The translations under genes and the position numbers were made by a program. The notes under the pieces were generated by a model, which did no database searches, had not been told where the DNA came from, and was given only the letters and a program-made list of their open reading frames with translations. Below are positions 50,321 to 63,585 of a stretch of 64,000 bases of DNA, one piece after another. Position 1 is the stretch's first letter; each line of letters opens with the position of its first letter. Source of the stretch: Camelus dromedarius (taxonomy: Eukaryota); NCBI RefSeq assembly GCF_036321535.1, contig NC_087437.1, forward strand, positions 92,630,001-92,694,000, written 5' to 3'.

Positions 50321-50860
50321 TGTTATTATTTAGTGAGATATCAGTTGCAAGTGACAGAAACAACTCAAGCTCGCTTAAGCAAAAAAAAAAGAAATGTATT
50401 GTGAAAAAAAAAGGAGGGGAATAAACTTACAGAAGCCAAATAAGGTTGCAGATGGGCCTCGGATATTGACTAAGACTGGGAAATGTAAACTATAAAGAAC
50501 TTTTCTTTGTATCAATGATGCTTATCTTTGCATAGCTCCATTATTCTTCTCTCTGATACTTTATCCATATAGGATATTATGGCCACATCCCAGCTCCTAA
50601 TTTTACATGTTAAGTGTTGCCTATAAGCAAGAGTAAATTTGCTATCTCATTCCCAATTCCCAAATTAAAAAAAAAAAATTGAGACTCTAGTGGGCATCAA
50701 TTGTGTCATGTGTCCAATCCAATCTAATCCTCAATGGCTGGATGGCAACATTACATGCTGTTACAGGCCACCATGAATTACTCACGGTAAATAGGAGCAA
50801 AACTATTGTGAATTTGAAAGATAACCCAAATTATGTTAATGCATGTGACCATCTACAGTA
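50321..50860 (-). mobile_element. Old MLT1 (J/K-like) LTR
   Basis: cagttgcaagtgacagaaacaactcaagctcgcttaagcaaaaa...gtgtcatgtgtccaatcc. Confidence 0.65.
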
Positions 50861-52026
50861 GTAACCTATCCAAAGATCCAAGGCATTCTACCCTATCCAA
50901 GCAAACAGATTAAAGACATCGAAGTTTCCTGGAAACTGTAAATCATTCAGTTCTTTCGCAGTGTATCTGAAGCAGTGTCCATATTTTCAAAACAGAAAAG
51001 ATGTGATTTGCATGGAACTTACAAAAAGAATTGCTTGTACATTAAAAATGAATCCATGCTAAGCAACTTTGTCTAAGAGAGAATGGCCATCATGAATATT
51101 CAAGTAACTAAATAGGTGTCTTCCGTTGGATAATGTGGATAATGTGAATTTACCCTGTCATGGATGCAATATTTCTTAAGACAACCTGGCTGTCTTTATT
51201 TTCATGCACACCCCCCAGTCATATAACTCATAAGTTCAATTTCCCTAGTAGCTTTATATAAGGGAAACATTGACCTGGATTATAGACACAAGGTTTCTCA
51301 TCACTAGGAAAGTATTATATTCACTGTAAACAATCTTCCATCTAATTTGCAAATGAGTAATATATGGTTTCCTGTGACCCAGTACATTAAAAGATAATAA
51401 TTCTTGAATGAACCAAGTCCTAAACCATTGCTCTTTTCTAGTAAAAGAAAATGTTCAATCACGGAAAAAGGAAAACACACATTCTCAAGAAATGCCTCTT
51501 ATCTAGCTAATCCAGACAGATCATAATGACTTAACATTTACTGAAGTTGGAAAAATTACTCTCCTATAATGACAAACTCTCAAAAGAAACAGATTTTAAT
51601 AGCTCATTTAAGATATTATATTTCAACAGGTGACTGAGTCTAATATTTATTGACAAGATACCTAAGTGAAAATTCTTGTAGCAAGTTAACTCACAAATAA
51701 GGTACCAAGTGTGTGTTTTAATAAAAGTTCTATGGGATTAAAAATGACTAACTCAAAATTACACCACACCTACTTGAAATGTTAATAAATTGGTTTTGAA
51801 AAAACAATTACTCTGCAACTATACAAGTGCACACACATTATAGGAATCAACTTTTGAGCAGCTAAAGAAGAAAGACGTAAGTTGTGATTGAAATGGTAGT
51901 TCCAATTTATTCGCTCCACTAACGTTGAGATTTGACTTTAGGATGATTAATGATGATTATAAGGAAGGAATTTAAAAGGTCATCAGGTGAAAAAGTCCAA
52001 CTGAGGAACTTCAGAATGCTTTAAAT

Positions 52027-52248
52027 TAGTGGTTTTCAGTTGTCCTTTAGTTGCAGAACCTTGTTTTTTGTTTAAAGTATAGGTCAAACACAATATGTAA
52101 AACTAACATAATCAGAGTATGTTCAGACTAATAGGAAAGATGAGAAGCATAGGCCCACCTTATTGAACCCCTCTCTTTCCCTGCAAGCTGACTTTCAGTT
52201 ACCTCCTTAAAACTCTAAAGCCCTATGGAGCACAGTTTATAAAGCACT
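52027..52248. mobile_element. hAT-Charlie MITE (MER102/103-like)
   Basis: Termini tagtggttttca and catggagcacagtttataaagcactg-like. Confidence 0.55.
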
Positions 52249-52588
52249 GTTTAATATTTCTTCTTGTGGCTTCCATGAATTTTCACAACAAATTCCAAAC
52301 ACATCAATACCAACATTTATAGCATTTACAGGATTTACAGCAGGTCCATTCTACTCTCTGTACATTGTTTCTAAACTGTTCCTTGATTCATTATTAATGT
52401 TGTTTCCTCCAATGGGATGGCTTATGTCTATTTACTGATTATCATTGATAACGTATGACAGCTAACTGCATATCCTCCAGAACTGTGCAGAAAAAAAGTA
52501 TATATACTAAAGAGGAAAAAAGAAGGAGGAGGAGCAGAAGCAGAAGGTGTTGTTTAAAGTGTATTTATTTCCTTAAAAAATATATTTT

Positions 52589-52785
52589 ATATATAAAATA
52601 GATAAACAACAAGTTTATACTGTATAGCACAGGGAACTATATTCAGTATCTTGTAGTAATTTATGCTGAAAAAGAATATGAACATAAATATATGTATGTT
52701 CATGTATGACTGAACTATTATGCTATACACCAGAAACTGACACAATCTTATAAACTGACTATACATCAATAAAAAATATATATAC
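52589..52785 (+). mobile_element. Short camelid L1 3' end insertion
   Basis: ataaacaacaagtttatactgtatagcacagggaactatattcagtatcttgtagta...acaccagaaactgacacaa...caataaaaaa. Confidence 0.9.
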
Positions 52786-52799
52786 AAAAAATGTATTAT

Positions 52800-54935
52800 T
52801 ATAGAATGAGATGACAAGCCACAGAGAGAAAATATTTGCAAAAGACACATCTGATAAAGGACTGTTACCCAAAATGTTCAAATATACTTAAAATTTGACA
52901 AGATAATAAACAACCAGATTTAAAAATGGGCCAAAGACATTAACAGACATCTCACCAAAGAAGATATAGAGATGGCAAATAAACACATGAAGAGATGCTC
53001 AACATCATGTGTCATCAGGAAAATGCAAATTAAAACGAGGTATCATGACACACCTACCACAATGGCCAAAATCAACAATACCAACAACACCAAATGCTGG
53101 CTATGTTGTTGAGCAACAGGAACTTCATTGCTAGCAGGATTGCAGAATGGCGCAGCCATTTATTTTGGAAGGCAGTTGACAGTTTCTTACAAAATGAAAC
53201 ATACTCTTACCATAATCCAGCAATCACACTACAGTTCACCCTTGAGCAGCATGGGTTTGAACTTCATGGGTCCACTTACACACAAATTGTTTTCAATAAA
53301 TACATTGAAAAAAATCTTTGGAGATTTGTGACAATTTGAAAAAACTCACAGATGAGCTGGCTGGCCTAAAAATATTGAAAAAAATAAGAAGAATGTATGT
53401 GTGTCATGAATGTATAAAATACATGTAGATACTAGGTTATCCTTATATAGACATAAGGTGAATGATATTTAATATAAAATTAATATTATGTTAGTTTTCC
53501 TACTGTTTTTTAAACTGTGCTTTCAAAGAATTACATTATGTTACAGTATGCCTCTCTCTCTGGTAATTGGAGAAACTAGTTATCAGCCTATCACCACAGA
53601 GAAGTGGTTTTTATAAAAATGTAACAATGTTTGCTATGCTGGATTATGAATATGACTGTAATTCTGTATGCCATAACATTTTTATAATGATCTATTCATT
53701 AGTGTATAGGCAAAGCTATCATGAAGCAATAATATTGATTACACTAAAGGAAAGCAATTAACATTGTGGCTCCTTCATTATCAATGAATGAATCATTACA
53801 CCTGTAAATAAATAAGAGTTTCTTATTTATATTATCTTTTAATTTTTGATGTCTGGTATAAGTAATATGTATAACGTCCACAGTATTTGTATCATATAAT
53901 ACAATATTGATGTAGGTGCTGACAGACATTCCATCTTGTAAACAGACAATGTAAACTTACAGTATGGATAATTATAGTACGGTACTGTAAATATCTCATC
54001 TCTTCCTTATGATTTTCTCAATAACATTTTTTCTCTAGCTTACTTTGTTGTGAGAATACAGTATATAATACATGTAACATACAAAATATATGTTAACTGA
54101 CTGTTTATGTTATTGGTAAGACTCAGGTCAACAGTACGCTATTAGTCGTTAAGTTTTGGTGGAGTCAAAAGTTATATATGCATTTTCAGCTACATGTGGG
54201 GTCAGTGCCCCTAACTCCCGCATTGTTCAAGGGTCAACTGTACTTGGTATTTACCCAAATGAGTTGACACTTACGTCCATACAAAAACCTGCACGTGGAT
54301 GTTTAAAGAAACTTTATTCATGATTGCCAAAACTTCAAAGCAACCGAGATGTCCTTCAATAGGCAAATGGAAAAATTTACTGTGAGGCACCCAGACAATG
54401 GAATATTATTCAGCACTAAAAAGAAATGAGCTATTAAGCCATAAATAAAGATGGAAGAAATTTAAATACATATCACTAAGTGAAAGAAGACAATCTGAAA
54501 AGGCTATATACTATATGACTCCAAATATAACATTCTGGAAAGGCAAAACTATGGTGACAGTAAAAAGATAAGTGATTGTTAGAGGTTGGTGGAGGGAGGG
54601 ATATATAAGCAAAGCACAGGGGTTTTTAGGGCAATGAGACTATTCTGTACTACTATTACGATGGTGGATATTCATCGTTATAAATTCCTGCAAACCCATA
54701 GAATGTACCACACCAAGAGTGAGCCTCAATGTAAACCATGGACCTTGGATAATAGTGATGTGTCAATGTAGGTTCACTAATTATAACACATGTACCCCTC
54801 TGGTGGGGGATGTCCATACTGGGGAAAGTTGTGCACGTGCGGCAATGAGGGTACATGGAAATCCTGCAGCCTTTTTACCCAATTTTGCTGTGAACCTAAA
54901 ACTGTTCTAAAACATAAAGTCTATTAATTTAAAAA
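52800..54935 (+). mobile_element. L1MC-like 3' region, interrupted by Tigger2
   Basis: gacaagccacagagagaaaatatttgca...aatccagcaatcacact[insert]acttggtatttacccaaatgagttga...ttttgctgtgaacctaaaactgttctaaaa. Confidence 0.88.
53232..54240. mobile_element. Tigger2-type non-autonomous DNA transposon (~1.0 kb)
   Basis: TIRs cagttcacccttgagcagca and cattgttcaagggtcaactg, flanked by TA on both sides (53230-53231, 54241-54242). Confidence 0.92.
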
Positions 54936-55039
54936 GCATTATTATGTAAATTTGCATACAGTATACATATGGGGTTTTCTACACTCCATAGGTCTGTTCT
55001 GTGAACCAAAAAGTCTGATGAATTTGAAAATACTTCAAA

Positions 55040-56117
55040 TAAGTAACTCCCCTCTTGTCTTCTCCAAGTTTAATCTCTTTGCCCAGGATTTCCTTGGTAT
55101 TCCAGACTAAACATAATCAAAACCAATCTACTCATATTTCCTTCAGACGTTTTCTTTCACCTGCTTTACCTTCCAGGGTTTACAGTCCTACCATCAACTC
55201 AGAAACCAAGAAAAAACCTGGAGAATTATCTTTAATGCTAATGTCATTCTTCACCCCCATATCCAAAAATTTGCTACATTCTGTCTTTTAAATTTGGCTT
55301 GAACCCACCTTCTCCCTTTACTAATCTCAAAAAAACGGTTGCCTTGGGTACTTACCAAAATCATGTGCAGAAACTTTTAAAGCTCCTGATACCTAGCCTC
55401 ACTCCAGTTCAATTACAGCTGAATTGCTGGGGGGACCCAAGCATCGGTAGCTTTTAAAACTCCCAGGTGATTGTAACTGCAGCCAGGGTTACAATCCACT
55501 GATTTAGTCCCTAATGATCTAGAGACTGGACAACTTCATCATGATCCTAATTGATGACTCTGCCTCCAGAACTCTTCCTGTCAAATGTTAAATTCATCAT
55601 CCAGAGCTGGCTTTTAAAACACTCCCTATTTAAAAATTTTTTTTTCATTTTCTCCCCTTTAGGATAATGCCCAAATCTGTTCCAGGGGACCTAAGAATCT
55701 GCATTATTGCTTCCCAGTTCTGCTTCGTCTCACAGCCTCATTTTCCACAACAAGCTGCTTACACTTCTCTGCACACACCTCACTGCCTCACTCATGCTGT
55801 TGTCATTATTTCTGTCCATTTAATTATCAGCCCCTCATTATTTAATATTCATCTGAGAAGCTCTCCTCCTCCCCCCACCCCTGCCAGTTCCAGTCAGGAT
55901 GGATTCGTGCCCTTCGTTTGCGCTGCAAGAAAACTTGCATGACTTTTTCCATTTGTATTTACCCACCGTGGATCATAATTATTTCATTTCTCATGGTTCT
56001 CTTGTTGGTCTGTGAGCAACCTAGGGATGACGTCTTATCAATGCTTATATTAGAGAAACTGGTTCAATGCCTACAAGAAGAGGCAACTCAGTCATTTTTA
56101 AATGAATGAATAAATGA
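55040..56117 (+). mobile_element. L2 3' region interrupted by MER5A
   Basis: cctaccatcaactcagaaaccaagaaaaaacctggag..., ending gcaactcagtcatttttaaatgaatgaataaatga. Confidence 0.65.
55335..55501. mobile_element. MER5A-like MITE
   Basis: gcttttaaaactcccaggtgattgtaactgcagccagggttacaatccactg. Confidence 0.75.
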
Positions 56118-57899
56118 CAACATTATCAGTGCAAATAAAGTGACTGCTTAACATTTCTATCAGGAATGGGGAAGTAATTATCAGGAAAAAAAAAAAAAAG
56201 CTTAGTTTTAACAGGATAAAGGAAGAGTGATAACCAGAGATCTCACAGTTCTTATATGAGGCAAAGTGATACTTTATTTTTTTCGTTACTCATAATCTAC
56301 ATTATTCTACAAGTCCTGAAGAATGAGTTTAAAGGAAGGGACTACATAATGCTTATTAATTTTTTTTTCTATCAGAATCAATTTCTTAGCAAGAAAGAGC
56401 TTGCAGCAGCAATCCCGGTATCTGAAGGTGTCTGCCTATTTACATAATCTTACGCCTACTCTGGTTACTGAAAGGAAGATGATGATATTGAAAGACTTCA
56501 ATGTAAGTCAGACCCAGAGGAAGCAACGCCCCAGGAGTCATCCGACCATAAACCTGGAATTAAAAATAAATTGTGACATTGCGATCCTTATGTTGACTCA
56601 GACCTTTTTCCAAAATTAGGATTTTTATTTCTTTTATTTCTAGTCATTGATGGTTAAACTAGTCAGCATCACTCCCTTAATACCACATTTCCCAATCCTT
56701 CTTAATATCCTCCTTCTACTCATTCCTGACCTTCTGGTCCAGTCACTCCCCTAAGTGAGGGGCGATGCAAGCTTTAATATCTATTTTTTAGCTCAATGAT
56801 TTCCCAGTAGTTTTGTATTGTATACCTTGGATTAGTTTTCATAGACTGAAAAATAATTTGGTCCACATTTATGATCTCACCAACTATTTATTGGGCTGAA
56901 TCTTCCCTTTTGCATTGCATGGGAAAGGAAATAAAAATAATTCAGGGTGATAATAAACAGCTTTTTTCCTTCAGCAATAAGGTTAAACTACTGGAGGTGA
57001 GGTGTCATTTCAACAATATTCACCGATTTTGTTTATGTGTAGAGAAGCAGCCAAGCCTACGAGTGATTACTGCCTTAATGAATTATTTTGATTGCTTATT
57101 TCAAAAGGACTCCCTGTTTTACATTAAATCCTCCTCAATTATTGAAATGCTGATTTAAATTCTCTAACATAGACTTTTAAATTTTCCTTAAATCATCCTC
57201 ACTGTTTTCTAATAGTGTATGTTTATCTAACGGAGGAATACCTGCCTTGTCTCCATGTAATTATTTAAACCACTCAAGTAAATTTAAAATTACTCTCTTC
57301 TGGTTAAATTACATATTCTAAAATTTTAACTGAAAACCAGCTGTGAGAACACCCATTCTTTGTTATCAGCAACATTTTAATTTTTTTAACTGCTTAAAAG
57401 TTATTGTTGCTAGTGAGAAATACGGAGTCTGGCTTCTCAGAATTAAGCAACACCCACAACAAATATTCAAATATGATCATCAGTTCACCAAGCATTTATT
57501 AAATGCAGGACCCTATAACTGGAAAAAAATTTTTAATAGCTTTTTTCCCCCCTGATATAAAAGGCTTTCTCTCAATTATGAGTGTTTACTTTTGGAAATT
57601 TAAGAGACAGTAAATAAGAGTGTAACCATCATCTATAACCTCACATCAGCAATATAATTTTAATATTTTGAGGTCTGTGTTCCCATTCCATTTTTATATA
57701 CACACGCATTTATTTGCATATGGATTCAATCTTAGAAAGAAAACAGGAGTCAAGTTTAAAATATTGTTTTATATTCTGCTTATTTAGTATCTTATCATTG
57801 TCGAGGAATAAAGAAGTCTTCACACCTCTCGGACTTGAAGTAAGATCACAACCAACCTCTAGCAGGTGTCATGAGTTAGCCCTTAATCTGTAAGCACTC

Positions 57900-60045
57900 A
57901 AAGACCTACCACTCTCCTCAGACCTCCCAGCCTCCAGTTCAACCGAGAGTTCTAGGCCTTCCGGACAAGAACATCTCCAGCCCGGCTTCCATTATACCTT
58001 CCCCAGAAGTGCAAAGGGGCTCTTGATTATCCTCCTCTACTGCCGCTTCCTCCCTCAAGGCCTGACCATCACGGTTTGTCTTGAGACCACCAGCATGAGT
58101 CCCATTATGCCCCTTTTCCCTTTTTCTGTTTGCTACAAAAGGAGACGCCCCCATCACCTCCTAGTCTCCATATAGCTCTGTACACCCTCTATTCTCCTTC
58201 CGGTTCCTACAACTCCCCCACTTATAAAACCTCCCCACTTCTGGCGCTCATCATACATCAGCAACAAAATCCTCTATAATCTCAATTGGAACCAGGAGTG
58301 CTGCCAAACAGATGGCTTTCTCTGCAGCCCCCTCTAGTGGTAGCAGTTTTATTGCCCACAGCCTTCCAGCACCGGGCCTGAAGGTGGGCAGGTTTCTTTA
58401 TTCCCCTCAGTGTCATTTTCAGGCTCTTCTTCCTCGTGCCTTAAATATTCCCAGCTTTGAATTTTGTGTCATTGGGCTATAATAACCTTTACCTCCTTGT
58501 TGGAGTTATCTACTGATCCCCCCTTATTTATGGACAATTTTAACTTTCTCTAACTCTATTACTGTCTCCATTTTTTGAAGATTTTAATGTCCATGTAGGT
58601 AATGCCTCCAACACCCTAGCATTTTGGCTTCCTTTGAATGATCTTCTCCACCCAAATTAACCACTAATTCCGTTAGTCATATCTTTGCTTTTGTCATTAC
58701 CAATCACTGCAAGCCTATAATCTCAGTGCCAATTACCCCATTCTTTGAATATTACCTCCTAAATTTCCAACTCATTATTTCCAATATTCCAATACCTACA
58801 GTACTTAAGTCATATAAGGACCTACAGTCTACTAATCCTACTTCGTTTTCACTTTTATTCACTTCAAGCCCTTTATTCCCGCTTTACCCAAATAATTCCC
58901 ACTGCCAAACCTACACCTTGAGATCTCTTGGCTCTCTCTTAATGTGTGATATTTATTTGGTAAAGCCCCAAAACTCTGCCTACTCTGCACCACTTTTTGG
59001 AACTGACTGTGATTCAAGAAAAATGCTCAACCATACCAGCTAATCTTGTTTTAAATTCATGCTTATAAATATTGAGGTGTCCCATTGTCTCTTGACAACT
59101 CTACCTATCTGTAGTTCATTCATTTCTGATTTGGCTAATCCTCTTGACTCTTCTAAGCATCTTCTTCTCCATCATCATTTTCAATACTACCTACTGAGAA
59201 AACTTAAGTGAGCAGAAGACAACTTCTACAAGACAAAATCCATTCACTTACTCGCGTGCTCTGCCTTCTGTCATATTATAATAATTAAAAGTCACTGTTT
59301 AAGGCCAGCTGCTCCACTAGTGCCCTAGATTGCATCCTCTTACCAACCCAAGGGCATTGTTCCACAGGTGCTACATTTCTCTTGTATCCTAAGTGTTTCT
59401 CTCTCCACTAGATCGTCACGTCAGCTAAAATGCATATTGCTTTATCTCATCTTAAAACCAAAACAATAATTACTCTAATCATGTTTCCTTGCTGCTACTG
59501 CTTCATTTCTCTCCTTCTCTTTACAATAAAACATCTCAATAAAATTTATTACTTCCAATTCTTTCTCTCCCATTCTCTCTTAAACCCACTGCATTTAAGA
59601 ATTTGCCCCAGTATTTCATTACACCTATTCTTGTCAAGACCTCAGTGAATTTCAAGTTCCTAAAGCTATGAGTTAATTCTTAGGCCACATTTATTTGACC
59701 TTTTAGCAGAACTGAACACAGATTACTTCCTTTTCCTTGAAATATTTCATTTGCTTGGTTTCTATGACACTCATTTTCCTGATACTTTTCAAGCAATTTC
59801 TTCTCAGTCCCACAGTTTTTTCTCATCTGCCTCATATCTGAATAATGAATTCTTTAGATAGCTTCACTTTTTTGGTGATTTCATCATATTTTGTGTTTTT
59901 AAATTCAATCTATACTTTAATAATTCCTAAATTTCATCTCTAGCTCAGACTTTCTTCGCAAACTCTAGACTCACATCCAATTGTGTAGCACCACCTCCAT
60001 GTCTAATAGTCAACTCAGATTTAACATTCTGCATCTGACCTCCTG
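57900..60045 (+). mobile_element. Long decayed L2 ORF2 segment
   Basis: ctctgcagccccctctagtggtagcag...gggcctgaaggtggg (L2 EN region) through ttctctcttaaacccactgca and caaactctagactcacatccaa (RT region). Confidence 0.75.
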
Positions 60046-60051
60046 AAGAGG

Positions 60052-60230
60052 GTAGCATAAAGTTATGAACATAGACTCTGAAACATCATTGCTTCATTTA
60101 AATCCTGACTCCACTTTTTAATAGGCCAATGAAATAGCCAAGATACTTACATTTCCTGTGCCTTAGTTACTTTATTGCCAGACAGAAGGTAATATTGCTA
60201 CTCACGTCACAATATTGTTAAATAACAGTT
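60052..60230 (+). mobile_element. MIR fragment
   Basis: gtagcataaagttatgaacatagactctgaa...ttaaatcctgactccactt...ctgtgccttagtt. Confidence 0.65.
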
Positions 60231-60399
60231 ATATCTATATGTATATACATACATGTGTTGGAAAGCTCTTTTTTTTTTTTTCCTTCCGAGATCTAGATAA
60301 GATCATGTGGCTTGAAGGTTTGAGAATTGCCTATTCCTTTAATCATTTGAAAGAGTTTTCTCATTAAATCACTGTTGTCCAGAGAACTTTTTGTGGGTA

Positions 60400-60920
60400 A
60401 TTACTGCAGGTCATATTCATCTGACTGGCTTTTACAATTTTTATTGTATGTTTGTTTGTTTCTTCTGCTGGCCCTTACTCAGTTTCTTGGTTTCTGTGTG
60501 TTTTCTGATTTTTTTTTTTTTTTTTATTGTGATCTCATGTTCATTGGAACTCAAGCAATAGGACTTCTTACTGGTCTGGTTTGGAAATGTAATTTTCTAG
60601 AAGGAATTGTGTGTGTTTCTGCCAATCACCATGGCCACTACCAACCCAAATCACTTTAAATTAAATTATTTGCTAAAGCATTTCAGATCACACCAGTTTT
60701 GTGAATTCAGTCTTCACACTAGCATAAAAGTAAGCTTGTGTTTATAAACTTTTAAAGATGATTTTAGTTTTACTTCCATCCATCACCAAGGTTAAGAAAG
60801 CCAAGTTTCCTTGAGCCTTTCTACATATCAGGTTTATTACTAGCTCACTTTTATTCTAGGGTTTCCTGTATGATCTCCTGTTTTGGCTAGGAAACTACCA
60901 AAACAGAAGCTCAAATTCCA
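60400..60920 (-). mobile_element. Very old L1M/HAL1-like 5' region
   Basis: tgtgtttctgccaatcaccatggccactaccaacccaaatcactttaaattaaatt...gatcacaccag...gtgaattca resembles an antisense L1ME 5' region. Confidence 0.5.
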
Positions 60921-61204
60921 CGAGGAGTTGATAGTTAGAGTTCCAGTACAAACTAGCAATAGTGCAGTTGATGTAAATTATGCCAAACTTGCCATAGCAT
61001 CTCTTTTTTTATTTTGTTTACAAAGCTGACATCAGCTTTTGTATCACTATGGATCTTATGAGTAATTTAATGAGAAGGTGGTAGACGGCATATTTGTCAT
61101 GGCACATAAGCTGAAATGTCGATTTATTCTACAGATGTTTATTCCCATATATTTAATCCATGTCATGGCTCAGTTTGGGTTTTATTTTCTTTTAAACTTC
61201 CAGA

Positions 61205-61762
61205 ATGATAAAATCAGCCAGGAATCCCCAAGGCTACCCACAGATTTGGTGATTTGCTAGAAAGACTCATGGGACTAAGACATACAGTTGTACTAATGGC
61301 TAATATTATAGAGACAGTAAAGATCACAGTCAAATTAGAGAGAGAAAATGACATCAGGTAAAGATAGGAGAAATCCATTGGAATTCCTATATCTTCTCCC
61401 TCGTGTGAGAGGTCACATATAGCAAAAAAAAAAAAAAAAAAAAAAAAAGGCAGCAACATGTGTACAAGTAATGTTTCCACAGTAGGAGATCCATTTTAAA
61501 CTCACAGTTCAAGGATTTTATAGGAGACTGACCACATAGGTATTCTCTGCCTAACCACTACCTAGATACTGACTCACAAAAGGAAAGCAGATATCACTAT
61601 AAATTATATTGTTTGCACAGAGTCTAGCCCTAGCAAAATTATGATATTAATTAGGCAATGTTTCAGAAGCCAAGTTCACGGACACCAGCCCATGGCCAGC
61701 CTTGCAAATAAGCCTTGTCAAGAGACTAGCTAGCCTCAGAGGTGCTATTAACTTTTTTGCAC
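61205..61762 (-). mobile_element. MER21/MER77-like ERVL LTR
   Basis: atccccaaggctacccacagatttggtgatttgctagaaagactcatgggact...ccaagttcacggacaccagcccatggccagccttgcaa...tgctattaacttttttgcaca. Confidence 0.78.
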
Positions 61763-63098
61763 ACACAAACAACTTTTAATACTCTAATCTTTTGATTTTG
61801 ATTCTTTTTTGTTGATTCTACCAAAAAAGAATTAATGGGAATCAATTATGATTGGTTAGTGATTATAAAAGCTGGTCCTGACTGAAATACATATATATTT
61901 TAAAGCAAATCTGATTTGATTCAGTTAACAAACCAAATTGTATGAATCATGACTCTATTCCACTTATTGCTATTGTCATTTCTCTAGTAAAATACTGAGA
62001 AATCCAACTAGCTGTATCCAAATTGTGTATTCCATGTAGTATTACTCTAAATAACTATTTAACTCTTTAATCAAGTTACTGCATTAGGTGGCCCAAAATG
62101 CTTTAAATTAATTACTATTATTATTAGTTACCTGAATAAAAATTATATCATGGATGAATTTGAAAAGGAAAAATAAATTCAGTGGTTCATGACTGAATCC
62201 ATTTTGTAGAAGTTCTAAACCCTGATGTTCACAAATGTGGGTATAGGCCAGTAACTGCTCTTTATTCATCAAATGTTTTCTCTATGCATAGGTTGTTACA
62301 AGAACTATTAGCTACTCAGAATTTTAACACAGCTCTGGAAACTACTTTTCTAGGGGACCAAACATTGTTCTCCAATGACTTTTGGATATACCATGATATA
62401 GTAGGCATGCTGTAAAAAATGACAAACACTCTCCTACAGAACGGTGACATTTCAAGATTCCTTGTAGAAACTGAGAATAGAGATAGATAATCACAATCTG
62501 TTTTATTCACACAGTTGGTTTTCTTATAATTAAATTGGTAGTAAAATTAGAAGAAGAAAATTCCTTATTTTAGCGCAAAAAGAACCAAGGTCATCTGAGG
62601 TGATGCATTTTTGCAGACAGTCAGGAAGCAAGTCTGTTTTAGCCTTCCTCTCACACACACTACGCTTTGGCTGTGTGATAATTCATGAAAGGAGAAAACA
62701 AGTGCAGAATTTTAGAATCAAGTAAGATTTTCTCTTTGAATTGTGAAATTATAATTTGCCAATCTCTAACAGCTGCCTCTTAGAAATTGTATTTTCTAAA
62801 TGTTAATAGGCCCCAAGTTAGCAATAAATGTGAACATTTAGTGAAAATCTTTTGTTTTGTTTTGGTTTATCCGGGCACACATAGAATTCATGCTTTTACA
62901 ATATATTCTTGTCATTCTCCAAACTAATTCTATGCCATATGTTACACGGTAAGCATTCTTCTGCTAACTAGTGTAACCCAGTCAATTAGTGATTATTTCA
63001 AATAACAAAAGCTAGTTCTTCTAACACAGGAAGTTTCATCAAAAAGATGACATTATTTAAAACATGTATTTCCTGTGTGGGTTTATCTTACCTAAGTT

Positions 63099-63099
<1 letters not shown>

Positions 63100-63151
<52 letters not shown>

Positions 63152-63172
63152 CACCCATCTATCCATCTATCT
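63100..63172. repeat. (TCTA)n/(TCCA)n tetranucleotide microsatellite
   Basis: About 12 perfect TCTA units followed by variant units. Confidence 0.97.
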
Positions 63173-63487
63173 ATATGTTTGGATCAGAACCATTCAAAAA
63201 CATTGACAGAGAGAATGCTACTCTGTTCATTTCTTTTATTAATGTAGTGATTATTCTCACAATCGGAACCCAGATGTAATTATTCTTCCCTAAACCTTTC
63301 TCCAGTATTGGCTAAACTAGCATCATAAACTATTACTTCGACCATAACAAGCCTCTCTAGAAAATGCTTATTTGTTACAATAAAAATGTTCATTTATAAA
63401 ACACAAAAATAAAATCAATTTTCTTCCAAGTATATGTTTGCTTAAAATTAAAAAAAAAATAACTTCATAAGGGACATTCTACACATA

Positions 63488-63585
63488 ATGGAATCACTAT
63501 GCTGTACACCAGAAATTAACACAACATTGTAAACCAACTATATGTCAGTTTAAAAATTGAAGAAAAAATTTAAAAATTAAAAAAT
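63488..63585 (+). mobile_element. Very short camelid L1 3' terminus
   Basis: gaatcactatgctgtacaccagaaattaacacaacattgtaaaccaactat followed by an A-rich tail. Confidence 0.8.
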
